NCBI RefSeq assembly: GCF_965200405.1
Contig: NZ_OZ241356.1
Span: forward strand, 2,186,370-2,250,369
From: Glacieibacterium sp.
Lineage (GTDB): Bacteria > Pseudomonadota > Alphaproteobacteria > Sphingomonadales > Sphingomonadaceae
Direction: 5' to 3'
DNA length: 64,000 bases
The position numbers were made by a program, and so were the translations under genes. Under the pieces are notes generated by a model. It had not been told where the DNA came from. It made no database searches and saw only the letters and a list, made by a program, of their open reading frames with translations. Below, in pieces: positions 1 through 10,310 of this stretch. Position 1 is the stretch's first letter. Every line of letters starts with the position of its first letter.

Positions 1-785
1 TCGTCGGTGATCTTGACCACGTCCATGCCGCCGAGGACGTTGTGGCCGGTGTCGAGGATCAGGTGGACATAGGTCGGGTCGGTCAGCTCCATGACCCGGC
101 GGAACTCGTGCTCGCGCTCCATCGGGCCCCATAGATGCGGGTGGAGCGCCAGCTTGACGCCGTGCGCCAGCGTCCGGCGGCCGATTTCGTTGCTGGTGTC
201 GGCCAGCGCCTTCAACTGGTCGTCGGTCGGGCCACCCTCGGGCCGGCCGCCCATGTTGTTCTTCCAATGGTCGACGCCCAGCGGCTGGAGGAAGTCGCGG
301 GCGCAGGCTTCCATGTCGGCGATCAGCTGGGCCCGGCCGGCGCCGCCGAGCCAGGGATATTGCGCGGCTGCACCGACCGAGATCGAGGTCGTGGCGGGGG
401 CGGGTGCCGAGCGGCTGCGGGGCAGGTCGCCGACGCTGGCCAGGGTCATGCCGGTCTCGGTCAGCAGGCGCTTGAGGTCGGCCGGGCGGCCGACATAGTC
501 GCTGACCTGCGAGGAATAGGGCTCGAACCCCTCCAGGCCATAGGCTTTGCAGGCCAGCAGCATCATCCGCATGTTCGACGACATCTGCAGCGCCAGCGTC
601 GTCGGCGCGGTGCCGGCCCAGGTCGCGAAGATCGATCCCGTCGTGCCGAAGCGGATATCGGGGTCGAGCGGATCGAGCCCCCGGCCGGCGCCCAGCACCG
701 GCGAGGCACCGCACCAGGCCGCCGCCGCCAGCGTCGAGAGCAGGACCTCGCGGCGGCTTGGCCGGGGCGGGGTAATCGGGTTCAT
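1..785 (-). CDS. Sugar phosphate isomerase/epimerase (xylose isomerase-like TIM barrel) with twin-arginine signal; 3' end cut by window edge
   Basis: Hand translation of the minus strand from ATG (complement of cat 783-785) gives MNPITPPRPSRREVLLSTLAAAAWCGASPVLGAG..., a Tat-type signal. It runs open to ...LALHPHLWGPMEREHEFRRVMELTDPTYVHLILDTGHNVLGGMD at position 1, a block typical of the AP-endonuclease-2/xylose-isomerase-like fold. It is absent from the ORF track because no stop lies in the window. Confidence 0.7.
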   Translation of the reverse strand, partial: MNPITPPRPSRREVLLSTLAAAAWCGASPVLGAGRGLDPLDPDIRFGTTGSIFATWAGTAPTTLALQMSSNMRMMLLACKAYGLEGFEPYSSQVSDYVGRPADLKRLLTETGMTLASVGDLPRSRSAPAPATTSISVGAAAQYPWLGGAGRAQLIADMEACARDFLQPLGVDHWKNNMGGRPEGGPTDDQLKALADTSNEIGRRTLAHGVKLALHPHLWGPMEREHEFRRVMELTDPTYVHLILDTGHNVLGGMDVVKITD

Positions 786-906
786 GCGCAGTCCTCCCAG
801 GATTCAGCCCGCAATGTCGCCTCTGACGAGCGACTTAAGACGATGCCAGCGCCGGCAATGTCGGCGAACGGCGGGACTTTGTCGACAGGTTCCGGGTTCG
901 TCGATC

Positions 907-1551
907 TCAGGTTGCGCCGTGGCGGGCGACGACGGCATGGACCGTGCGCGTCAGGATCAGCAGGTCGATCGCCAGCGACTTGTTGCGGGAATACAGCGTG
1001 TCGAGCGCTACCCTGCGGCGATAGCTCAGCAGATTGCGTCCGCTGACCTGCCACAGGCCGGTGATGCCGGGGCGGACCCGGCAATAGTCGCGGATATAGC
1101 GGCCGTAGCGCGGCACTTCGGCGGCGACGATCGGACGGGGGCCGACCATGCTCATCTGGCCGACCATGACATTGAACAGCTGCGGCAGCTCGTCGAGGCT
1201 CGACTTGCGCAGGAACGCACCGAGGCTGGTGATCCGCGGATCTTCGCGCAGCTTCTGGTCGAGCGCCCATTCGCGCGCCGCATCGGGGTCGGTCTCGAGC
1301 AGCTCCTCGAGGCGGCGCTCGGCATCGGGCACCATCGTCCGCAGCTTCAGGCACGGGAACGACTCCCCACCCCGGCCGATGCGCCAGTGCACGAAGATCG
1401 GGCTGGCGCCGTCGTGCAGCCAGATCACCAGGCACAGGATCGCGATGATCGGCGCCAGGATGACCGCAAGGCTTGCGGCCAGCAGCACGTCGATCACCCG
1501 GACGATCCGGTCGGTGGTGCCTTGGGTGATGATGGCCTGGATACCTGTCAT
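907..1551 (-). CDS. Polyprenyl-phosphate sugar-1-phosphate transferase (bacterial sugar transferase family, ExoY/WbaP-C/PglC type)
   Basis: ORF 907..1674(-) trimmed to the internal ATG at 1551 (MTGIQAIITQ...). It has one N-terminal TM helix, then ...SLDELPQLFNVMVGQMSMVGPRP...RPGITGLWQVSGRN..., the family signature. Confidence 0.85.
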   Translation of the reverse strand: MTGIQAIITQGTTDRIVRVIDVLLAASLAVILAPIIAILCLVIWLHDGASPIFVHWRIGRGGESFPCLKLRTMVPDAERRLEELLETDPDAAREWALDQKLREDPRITSLGAFLRKSSLDELPQLFNVMVGQMSMVGPRPIVAAEVPRYGRYIRDYCRVRPGITGLWQVSGRNLLSYRRRVALDTLYSRNKSLAIDLLILTRTVHAVVARHGAT

Positions 1552-1691
1552 GCGTCGTTCGCCGGGATGCCGATCAGCGGGATCCAGGGAGCGACCGAAT
1601 TGAGAAGCTGGTCGGGAGCGGCAACGGCATCTTCGCCATTGCTGAGGAACCAGTTTTCGAGGGCGGCGTCGCACGGCGTCGGATTGATCAT
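1548..1691 (-). CDS. Possible 47-aa micro-ORF translationally coupled to the sugar transferase
   Basis: This is the inner part of ORF 1548..1934(-): MINPTPCDAALENWFLSNGEDAVAAPDQLLNSVAPWIPLIGIPANDA. GAGG lies 5 nt upstream of the ATG, third codon positions are mostly G/C, and its stop overlaps the transferase start (ATGA). No family was recognised. Confidence 0.3.
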   Translation of the reverse strand: MINPTPCDAALENWFLSNGEDAVAAPDQLLNSVAPWIPLIGIPANDA

Positions 1692-1839
1692 CGCAGCCTC
1701 GACCGAAGGTTGACCGCGGTCCGTTTCCGGCAGACCGCGGCCGGAGTGGTCGGGCGGTGACGAAGGCGAACTCTCGTCAGGCACGACCGGCGATTTCTCC
1801 GATGGCTGAGCCGATGGTCTGCATCGCCCTGCTTGCCGG

Positions 1840-1874
1840 CTCGACCCCGCGCCGGTGATGGCGGCGGGGTCGAG
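1840..1874 (-). terminator. Hairpin downstream of the PEP-CTERM gene (11-bp stem, 13-nt loop, no clear U tract)
   Basis: CTCGACCCCGC (1840-1850) is complementary to GCGGGGTCGAG (1864-1874), just 3' of the minus-strand stop at 1888. Confidence 0.35.
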
Positions 1875-1887
1875 CGCGACGCCTCGA

Positions 1888-2490
1888 TCAGGCGGCGACG
1901 GCGGCGGTGGTGGTGCGACGGCGCTTGGCGGCACCGACGAGGCCGAAGCCGACGACCAGCATCGCCCAGGTGGCGGGCTCAGGCACGGCGGCGACCGAGA
2001 TGTTGTCCAGTTCGAAGGAGTTGGTGTCCGAACCGAAGACCAGCTTGGTGACGTTCGACGAGGCAGCGTAGTTCAGCGTGACGAAGCGGTTCGTCGCGGC
2101 CGAGCCGATCGCACCGGTGGCCGGCGGGAAGGCCGAGCCGTAGATCGTCGAGACGAGGCTGTCGCCGCTGTACGCCTTGATGAAGTTGAAGCGGTCGATC
2201 GAGCCCCAGTCGTAGCCGACCGAGGTGATCCGGCCCATCGCCTGGCTGAAGGTCGCGGTGCCGCCGCCGAGAACGGCGAGGTACTTGGTGGTGTCGGCGA
2301 CGCCGCCGATCAGCGGTGCAGCGTACTTGTTCTTGACCGAGCCGGAAACGACCTGCGCGAACGGGCTGAGCGTGAAGACGCTCTTGTAGGCATTGTTATC
2401 GAAAGTATAAGTCGTCGTGTTGACGGCGGCAGCCATCGACGACGTGCCGAGCAGTACGGCGGTGGCAATGAGCTTGATCATGCTGGTCAT
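1888..2490 (-). CDS. PEP-CTERM (PEPxxWA type) sorting-domain surface protein
   Basis: It has a signal peptide (MTSMIKLIATAVLLGTSSMAAA) and the C-terminal sorting signal ...VPEPATWAMLVVGFGLVGAAKRRR. Confidence 0.85.
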   Translation of the reverse strand: MTSMIKLIATAVLLGTSSMAAAVNTTTYTFDNNAYKSVFTLSPFAQVVSGSVKNKYAAPLIGGVADTTKYLAVLGGGTATFSQAMGRITSVGYDWGSIDRFNFIKAYSGDSLVSTIYGSAFPPATGAIGSAATNRFVTLNYAASSNVTKLVFGSDTNSFELDNISVAAVPEPATWAMLVVGFGLVGAAKRRRTTTAAVAA

Positions 2491-3053
2491 GCGGCGTTCC
2501 TACAAACCAGCTGGCTCTGACCAGCTGGGAAATACACTTGGTTTTCAGCGGGCCCGGGGAGCGGACCAACCTTGCGGAAGCCTATGCAATGATGATGCCA
2601 ACTATTTGGCGATTATATTTAACAATGGGTTAGCGTGTGAAAACGAGATCAGTTCGGTAACGGAATGTAAAGTTATATTACAAACTTCTTAACACTTTAT
2701 GGTTAATCGTCGTCGGTGCCGGTTTTCGGCAGCGTGGCAATCGGCCGGTATCAGGCTGGAGTTGCCCGGAAAATCGACCTCAAGGTGCAGCGCCATCGTC
2801 CGGAGCGCCCGCTGCCCGGGCGGCGGCGCCCAGCAGCAACCGTTCAGCATGACTAAGAGAGCAGTCGCGAGACAGAGACTATGCCGGTCTTCGCCGCCAT
2901 CGAACGAGCAATGTCACAATTCTGCCGAATGGCTGAAATGTACAGGTAACACGCCTTAACTAGATCGGGATCAGGCTTGCACCACGATATCTTGCCACTG
3001 GTGCAGGGTTGTCTGAACACTGGCGTTGCCGGTCTACTCAAGGGGCTATTCGA

Positions 3054-3689
3054 ATGCGATTCCTGAAAACCTGTGTCTCTGCGCTCGCGTTGTTGACTGC
3101 CGTTACCGGCGCCCAGGCCGCCAACCTTGTGGAAAACTTCAACGAGCCCTTCGTCGGCTGGGAAAGCCGCTGGTTCGGTGCCGAGACCAGTGCCGTGAAC
3201 TATTATGTCTCCGAGCAGGGACCAAGCAATGCCGACTATCGTGGCGCGCCGGATCATAGCGGCCTGGTCCTGAGCGATGGCGACAGCTATCGCGACGGTG
3301 GCAATTACGGCCAGATCCTGATCAGCTTCAGCAGCAGCTTTGGCGCATCGCTCAAGTCGTTCAGCATGGATGTCGCTTCGGCGCTGCCGAACTCGACGCT
3401 GTTCTTCTACGACATGCAGGGCGCGACGATCGCGTCGTTCGTCCTCCCCGGCTCGCCGCTGTCGCCATATTACACGCCGACCAGCTACACGAACGTGTCG
3501 GTTACCTCGACAAATGGCATCGGCGGCTTCAGCTTCACCGACTTCGCGCAGGGCAACACGATCATCGACAACCTTGCCGCGGCGACGGTCCCGGAGCCGG
3601 CGAGCTGGGCGATGATGGTGCTCGGCTTCGGCGCGATCGGCAGCGCGCTGCGTCGCCGCAAGACCGCCTCGACCGTCAACTTCGCTTGA
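3054..3689 (+). CDS. PEP-CTERM (PEPxxWA type) sorting-domain surface protein, second paralogue
   Basis: ORF 3009..3689 trimmed to ATG 3054 (MRFLKTCVSALALLTAVTGAQA, signal peptide) with AAGGGG upstream. The C-terminus is ...VPEPASWAMMVLGFGAIGSALRRRK. Confidence 0.85.
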   Translation: MRFLKTCVSALALLTAVTGAQAANLVENFNEPFVGWESRWFGAETSAVNYYVSEQGPSNADYRGAPDHSGLVLSDGDSYRDGGNYGQILISFSSSFGASLKSFSMDVASALPNSTLFFYDMQGATIASFVLPGSPLSPYYTPTSYTNVSVTSTNGIGGFSFTDFAQGNTIIDNLAAATVPEPASWAMMVLGFGAIGSALRRRKTASTVNFA

Positions 3690-3747
3690 GCAAGCGAAGC
3701 ATCTGAGACGGCGCGTACCGCCCGGCCGAGTTTCGCCGGGCGGTACG

Positions 3748-5580
3748 TCATCGCCGCCCGAACAGCTTCTCCAGGTCGCTCTTCGCCAGTTTCACCCAGG
3801 TCGGTCGGCCGTGGTTGCATTGGCCGGAGTGGGGAGTGACCTCCATCTCGCGGAGCAGGGCGTTCATCTCGGCGACGCTGAGCAACCGGCCGGCACGGAC
3901 GCTGCCGTGGCAGGCCATGGTAGCGGCGACGGCGTCGAGTTTCTCCTTCAGCGTCAGTGCGCTGCCCCAGCTCGCGAGGTCGTCGGCAAGGTCGCGGATC
4001 AGTCCCGCGGCGTCGGTCTGGCCGAGCAGCGCCGGGGTGGCGCGGACCAGGATCGCGGTGCGGCCGAAGCGTTCGACCTCCAGCCCCAGTTCGGCCAGTT
4101 CGGCGGCGCGGTCGGCGATGCGGCCGGCGGCGAGTTCGTCGAGTTCGACGACTTCGGGGAGCAGCAGCGACTGGCTGTGGACGCCCCCATTAGCCAGCGC
4201 CTTGTTGAGCCGCTCCAGCGTCAGCCGCTCGTGCGCGGCGTGCTGGTCCACCAGAATCAGGCCGTCGCGCGCCTCGGCGACGATGTAGGTGCCGGCGACC
4301 TGGCCCCGCGCCACGCCCATCGGGAAGTCGTTGAGCGGCTGGGCGGGTTCGGTGCGGGCGAATGGCATCGCGGCATCGGCGAACATCGAGCCCGTTGAAG
4401 ACCCACCCCTAGCCCCTCCCGTTCCGGGCGGGGAACCCGCTTGTGGCCAGTACCCGCCCAAATTTCTGTCCAGTGGGGAATAGCCCGCCCACGCGTGTCC
4501 CCCGCCCGAAACGGGAGGGGCCAGGGGTGGGTCTTCTGCGCGGAATGCATTCAGCACCCCAGCCGCCACCGTCGTCGAAGCCCGGTGCCCCGCCGAATCG
4601 AGCGCCCGCCGCAGCCCGGAGACGATCATCCCCCGCACCAGCGCGGCGTCGCGAAAGCGCACCTCGGTCTTCGCCGGATGGACGTTGACGTCGACGAAAT
4701 CGGCGGGGACGTCGAGGAACAGCGCCACCACCGGATGCCGGTCGCGCGCCAGCAGGTCCATGTAGGCGCCGCGCACCGCCCCGACGAGCAGCCGGTCGCG
4801 CACCGGACGGCCGTTGACGAACAGGAACTGATGGTCGGCGACGCCGCGATTATAGGTCGGCAGCCCGGCGAGCCCACCGAGCCTCAGCTCCTCGCGGACG
4901 AAATCCAGCGCCACCGCATTGTCGGCGAAATCGACGCCGAGCAGCGCCGCCAGCCGGGGTGGCAGGCCGGCATCGCCCGCTGCGCCAGCCTCGGCACTGA
5001 GCATCCGGCGGCCGTCGTGGCGGACCTCGAACACGACCTCGGGCCGAGCCATTGCCAGCCGGCGCACGACATCGATGCAGGCGCCGAGCTCCGAGCGTTC
5101 CGACTTCAGGAACTTGCGCCGGGCGGGAACGCGTTCGAACAGCCCGTCGACCGAGACTCGCGTGCCGGGCGGCAGGGCGGCGGGGGCATCGACGACGATC
5201 CGGCCATTGTCGACGACCAGCGTCCAGCCCTCGGACCCCGGCGGCCGGCTGCTCAGCCGAAGCCGGGCGACGCTGGCGATCGAGGGCAGGGCCTCGCCGC
5301 GAAAGCCCAGGGTGGCGATGGCTTCCAGGTCGTCGCCCGCCAGCTTGGAGGTCGCGTGGCGCTCGATCGCCAGCCGCATTTCCGACGCGACCATGCCGTG
5401 CCCGTCGTCGGTCACCGACAGATGGTCGATTCCCCCCGCCGACAGTTCGACGATTATGCGCCGCGCCCCGGCATCGAGGGCGTTCTCGACCAGCTCCTTG
5501 AGCGCGGAGGCAGGGCGTTCGACAACCTCGCCGGCCGCAATCTGGTTGACGAGATGGTCCGGCAGGCGGCGGATCGGCAT
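3748..5580 (-). CDS. mutL: DNA mismatch repair protein MutL
   Basis: 610 aa with the N-terminal GHKL ATPase motif ([38 protein letters not shown]). The C-terminal endonuclease/dimerisation region ends ...HGRPTWVKL. Confidence 0.95.
   Translation of the reverse strand: MPIRRLPDHLVNQIAAGEVVERPASALKELVENALDAGARRIIVELSAGGIDHLSVTDDGHGMVASEMRLAIERHATSKLAGDDLEAIATLGFRGEALPSIASVARLRLSSRPPGSEGWTLVVDNGRIVVDAPAALPPGTRVSVDGLFERVPARRKFLKSERSELGACIDVVRRLAMARPEVVFEVRHDGRRMLSAEAGAAGDAGLPPRLAALLGVDFADNAVALDFVREELRLGGLAGLPTYNRGVADHQFLFVNGRPVRDRLLVGAVRGAYMDLLARDRHPVVALFLDVPADFVDVNVHPAKTEVRFRDAALVRGMIVSGLRRALDSAGHRASTTVAAGVLNAFRAEDPPLAPPVSGGGHAWAGYSPLDRNLGGYWPQAGSPPGTGGARGGSSTGSMFADAAMPFARTEPAQPLNDFPMGVARGQVAGTYIVAEARDGLILVDQHAAHERLTLERLNKALANGGVHSQSLLLPEVVELDELAAGRIADRAAELAELGLEVERFGRTAILVRATPALLGQTDAAGLIRDLADDLASWGSALTLKEKLDAVAATMACHGSVRAGRLLSVAEMNALLREMEVTPHSGQCNHGRPTWVKLAKSDLEKLFGRR
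4397..4536. repeat. Palindromic MITE/REP-like element embedded in frame in the mutL linker
   Basis: The 37-nt arm GAAGACCCACCCCTAGCCCCTCCCGTTCCGGGCGGGG (4397-4433) is the reverse complement of 4500-4536 (CCCCGCCCGAAACGGGAGGGGCCAGGGGTGGGTCTTC) with 2 mismatches. Each arm also holds its own short hairpin. Both strands translate to EDPPLAPPV[PS]GG (ORF 4289..4483 + and mutL). Confidence 0.75.
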
Positions 5581-5593
5581 GCCGACGCTTTAG

Positions 5594-6751
<1,158 letters not shown>

Positions 6752-6772
6752 GTTTAAAGTAGGAACCGGGGC

Positions 6773-7828
6773 GTGGATTGGTCGCCCCCCTCCCGACGAT
6801 CCGCCAGCCGGCGCGAGCAGAACCTCGCGCTGATCGGCGCCGTGCTGTCGGGGATAGTCATCGCCTTCGGGCTGCTCCTGCTGCTGATCGGGCGCGTCAA
6901 CCCGGAGCAGGGCGACCGCCTGCGCGCCGCCGCGCTCGACATCGTCACGCCGCTGTGGAGCATCGTCCGCGCGCCGTTCGATGGCGCGGCGCGGATCACC
7001 AGCGACACCGGCGACTATCTGGGGACGGTGTCCAAGAACCGCGCGCTGACCGCCGAATTGAACGCGCAGCGCGCGACGCTGCAGCAGGCCTCGGCGATGG
7101 CGGCGCAGAATGTCCAGCTCAAGCGCCTGCTCAAGGTCGTCGAGCCCAATGTCCGGCTGATCGCCACGGCGCGGCTGGCGGGCGCGTCGAGCGGGTCGTA
7201 CATTCGCTCGGCGGTGATCTCGGCCGGCCGCGTCGATGGTGTCGTGCCGGGGTTGCCGGTGCGGTCGGCATCGGGCCTGGTCGGGCGGACGCTGGAGGCG
7301 GGCAATCATGCGACGCGGGTGCTGTTGCTCACCGACCCCGGCAGCCGGATCCCGGTGATCCTGCAGCGCACCGGCGAGCCGGCGATCGCGGTCGGCGCCA
7401 ATGGGCCCTTGTTGGAGATCCGCGACCGCGGCGGGGCGGAAGTGCCGCTGCGCATCGGCGATCATTTCGTCACCTCGGGCGACGGCGGCGTGTTCCCGCC
7501 GGGCATTCCGGTGGCGACCGTCGCGACGACCGGCGAACCGGCCAAGGCACGGCTGGCGACAGACCCGAACGGCCTTGGCTTCGTGCTGATCCAGGCGGCG
7601 TACCTGCCGGTCCCCGCGCCGCCGCCGGCATCGACGACAGCGCCTGTTCCGGTGCCGCGTGAGGCGGGTGGCGGCACGGCGCGCAAGAAACTGGTGGTGA
7701 CGCCCGTGCCCGCGCCGCCGAAGACCGGCGCTGCGGCGGTTCGGCCCGCGGTCACCCCGCCTGCCGCCGCGCGACCGACGCCGACCGCACCCGCTGCAGC
7801 CCGACCGACTCCGGCGGCGCCGCGGTGA
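6773..7828 (+). CDS. mreC: Rod shape-determining protein MreC (with Pro/Ala-rich C-terminal tail)
   Basis: It lies between mreB and mreD. It has an N-terminal TM helix, a coiled-coil segment (LTAELNAQRATLQQA...NVQLKRLL) and a beta-barrel core (GLPVRSASGLVGR...). Confidence 0.85.
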   Translation: MDWSPPSRRSASRREQNLALIGAVLSGIVIAFGLLLLLIGRVNPEQGDRLRAAALDIVTPLWSIVRAPFDGAARITSDTGDYLGTVSKNRALTAELNAQRATLQQASAMAAQNVQLKRLLKVVEPNVRLIATARLAGASSGSYIRSAVISAGRVDGVVPGLPVRSASGLVGRTLEAGNHATRVLLLTDPGSRIPVILQRTGEPAIAVGANGPLLEIRDRGGAEVPLRIGDHFVTSGDGGVFPPGIPVATVATTGEPAKARLATDPNGLGFVLIQAAYLPVPAPPPASTTAPVPVPREAGGGTARKKLVVTPVPAPPKTGAAAVRPAVTPPAAARPTPTAPAAARPTPAAPR

Positions 7829-8349
7829 GCGACGACTATCGCCTGCGCTCCCCGGCCGATCGGCTGTACTGGGCGCTCGGCCTGTGGCGCTTCTTCGTGC
7901 CCGCGACGATGGTGCTGTTGCTGATCGTCGCGATGACGCTGCCGATCGTGCTGCCGTGGCCGGGGCTGCCGCAGCTCGGGCTGCTCGGGGTGTTCGTCTG
8001 GGCGACCTTCCAGCCGGGGCTGATGCCACCGTGGCTGGCCTTCCTGCTCGGGCTGGTCGCCGACCTGCTCGGCGCGATGCCGTTCGGCGTGGAGGCGACG
8101 TTGTTCGCCGCGACCGCGCTGTTCGTGCGGCTGTTCGAGGATCGCTTCGGGCACCATCGCTTCGGCTTCGACTGGACGATGCTGGTGCTGGTCGCGCTGG
8201 TCCATGCGGTGCTCGGCTGGTGGTTCCTGGGCTTCGCCGGGATCGACGGGCCGTTCACGCCGCTACTGATCCAGGCGGCGACGACGGCGGCGACCTATCC
8301 GATCGTCGTGGTGCTGTGCGCGCGCGTCCAGCGCCGCCTGCTGGCCTGA
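7825..8349 (+). CDS. mreD: Rod shape-determining protein MreD
   Basis: It is a 174-aa polytopic membrane protein with a 4-nt overlap with mreC, in the conserved position before mrdA. Confidence 0.8.
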   Translation: MSDDYRLRSPADRLYWALGLWRFFVPATMVLLLIVAMTLPIVLPWPGLPQLGLLGVFVWATFQPGLMPPWLAFLLGLVADLLGAMPFGVEATLFAATALFVRLFEDRFGHHRFGFDWTMLVLVALVHAVLGWWFLGFAGIDGPFTPLLIQAATTAATYPIVVVLCARVQRRLLA

Positions 8350-8362
8350 GGGCGGCTGGCGC

Positions 8363-10288
8363 GTGGCGACGATCACCGAGGCCGGGCACGAGCAGATGTT
8401 CTCCAGGCGCGCCTTCGTGCTGGGCGGCGGCATGGCGGCGGTCGGCATGACATTGGCGGCGCGGATGGCGTGGCTGTCGATCTTCGAGGGCGACAAGTAC
8501 AAGCTGGCGTCGGAGGACAACCGCGTCTCGCTGCGCCTGATCCCGCCGCGCCGGGGCTGGATCGTCGATCGCAACGGGCTGCCGCTCGCCTCCAACGCGC
8601 CCGACTACCGGCTGGAGCTGATCCCGGAGCAGGTCGGCGACCTGGAGGCGACGTTGCGCGCCATCATGGGCGTGCTGCCGCTGACGCTCGACGACCTCAA
8701 CCGCATCCGGGGCGATATCGCGCGCCAGCCGGAATACATGCCGGTCGAGATCGCGCACGGGCTTGCGTGGCCGCAGTTCGCCGCCTTGAACGTCCGCCTG
8801 CCCGACCTGCCCGGGGTCCTGCCGGTGCATGGCTTCAGCCGGGTCTATCCGGGCGGCGAGGCCTTTGCGCACCTGCTCGGCTATGTCGCGGTGCCGACGC
8901 CGGAGCAGTACAAGCGCACGCACGATCCGCTGCTGATCTTCCCGGGGTTCAAGCTCGGCAAGGACGGCATCGAGCGGACGCAGGATGCGCCGTTGCGCGG
9001 TACGGCGGGGGCGCGGCGGGTCGAGGTAAACGCCCGCGGCCGGGTGATCCGCGACCTCGACACGCGCAGCGACATCCCCGGCAAGAGCGTCCGCCTGACC
9101 ATCGACCGCGGCTTGCAGGCCTATGCGGCGAAGCGGCTGGGCGACAACAGCGCCAGCGTCATCGTCATGGACTGCCGCACCGGCGACGTGCTGTGCATGG
9201 TGTCGATGCCGGCCTATGATCCCAACGTCTTCTCGACGCGGGTGACGACCAAGCTGTGGGCGGAACTGCAGGCGTCGAACCATCACCCGCTGATCAACAA
9301 GAGCGCGCAGGGACTGTACCCGCCGGGCTCGACCTTCAAGATGATGACCTCGCTGGCAGCGCTGAAGGCGGGGGTCAACGCCGACCAGGGGGTGATCTGC
9401 AACGGCACCTATCGGCTGGGGAACGGCATCTGGCACTGCTACAGCCGCCGCGGTCACGGGCGTGTCGACATGCACACCGCGCTGCCGCAGAGCTGCGACG
9501 TGTATTTCTACACGGTCGGGCGGGCGGCGGGCATCCAGGGCATCGCCGACATGGCGCGCAAGTTCGGGTTGGGCCAGAAATACGAGCTGCCGGTGCCGGG
9601 CCAGTCGGCGGGTATCGTCCCCGATCCGGCGTGGAAGACCCGGCGCTACAAGAAGGACTGGACGATCGGCGAGACGCTGAACACCACGATCGGGCAGGGC
9701 TATCTGGTGGTCAATCCGCTGCAACTCGCGGTGATGGGCGCCCGGCTGGCGAGCGGGCTGGAAGTCCAGCCGCGACTGCTCGCCGATAGCCCGCGCGTCG
9801 AGTTCCCGTCGCTGGGCATCGACCCGGAGCATCTGGCGATCGTTCGGTCGGGGATGAGCGGCGTCGTCAACGGTCCGCGCGGCACGGCGCGGGCGGCGCG
9901 GCTGCAGGTCGACGGCGTCACCATGTCTGGCAAGACCGGCTCGGCGCAGGTCCGGCGGATCAGCATGGCGGAGCGCAAGCGCGGCGTGGTGCGGCAGGAG
10001 GCGGTGCCGTGGCAGTACCGCGACCACGCGCTGTTCGTCGCCTTCGCACCGACCGATGCGCCGCAATATTCGGTCAGCGTCATCGTCGAGCATGGCGCGC
10101 ACGGCAACACCACCGCCGCGCCGATCGCGCGCGACGTGCTGACCTATCTGTTCGAGCCGGAGCGCGCGATGGCGACGCTGGCGCCGCTGGAGCGCGCCCT
10201 GGAGCAGAAGCGTGCCGCCGAGGCCGCCGCCCTGGCCAATGCGAGCCCGGAGCCCGCGGAAGAGGACGCTGCGGGACCGCCGGAGTGA
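8363..10288 (+). CDS. mrdA: Penicillin-binding protein 2 (elongasome transpeptidase)
   Basis: 641 aa with a TM anchor, a PBP dimerisation domain and the transpeptidase motifs STFK (PPGSTFKMMT) and KTG (SGKTGSAQV). Confidence 0.92.
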   Translation: MATITEAGHEQMFSRRAFVLGGGMAAVGMTLAARMAWLSIFEGDKYKLASEDNRVSLRLIPPRRGWIVDRNGLPLASNAPDYRLELIPEQVGDLEATLRAIMGVLPLTLDDLNRIRGDIARQPEYMPVEIAHGLAWPQFAALNVRLPDLPGVLPVHGFSRVYPGGEAFAHLLGYVAVPTPEQYKRTHDPLLIFPGFKLGKDGIERTQDAPLRGTAGARRVEVNARGRVIRDLDTRSDIPGKSVRLTIDRGLQAYAAKRLGDNSASVIVMDCRTGDVLCMVSMPAYDPNVFSTRVTTKLWAELQASNHHPLINKSAQGLYPPGSTFKMMTSLAALKAGVNADQGVICNGTYRLGNGIWHCYSRRGHGRVDMHTALPQSCDVYFYTVGRAAGIQGIADMARKFGLGQKYELPVPGQSAGIVPDPAWKTRRYKKDWTIGETLNTTIGQGYLVVNPLQLAVMGARLASGLEVQPRLLADSPRVEFPSLGIDPEHLAIVRSGMSGVVNGPRGTARAARLQVDGVTMSGKTGSAQVRRISMAERKRGVVRQEAVPWQYRDHALFVAFAPTDAPQYSVSVIVEHGAHGNTTAAPIARDVLTYLFEPERAMATLAPLERALEQKRAAEAAALANASPEPAEEDAAGPPE

Positions 10289-10310
10289 CGGACGTGCAGG
10301 CAATGCCGCC

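Noticed and set aside
2960-3053. Possible sigma-54 (-24/-12) promoter upstream of the second PEP-CTERM gene (TGGTGCAGGGTTGTCT at ~2998).
   Set aside because: The GG-N10-GC spacing is not satisfied, since position -12 reads TC rather than GC. No convincing TGGCAC-N5-TTGC match was found.
7600-7828. Pro/Ala-rich tail of MreC with AAARPTP(T/A)AP duplication.
   Set aside because: This is a low-complexity periplasmic tail, common in alphaproteobacterial MreC. It was not judged a separate feature.
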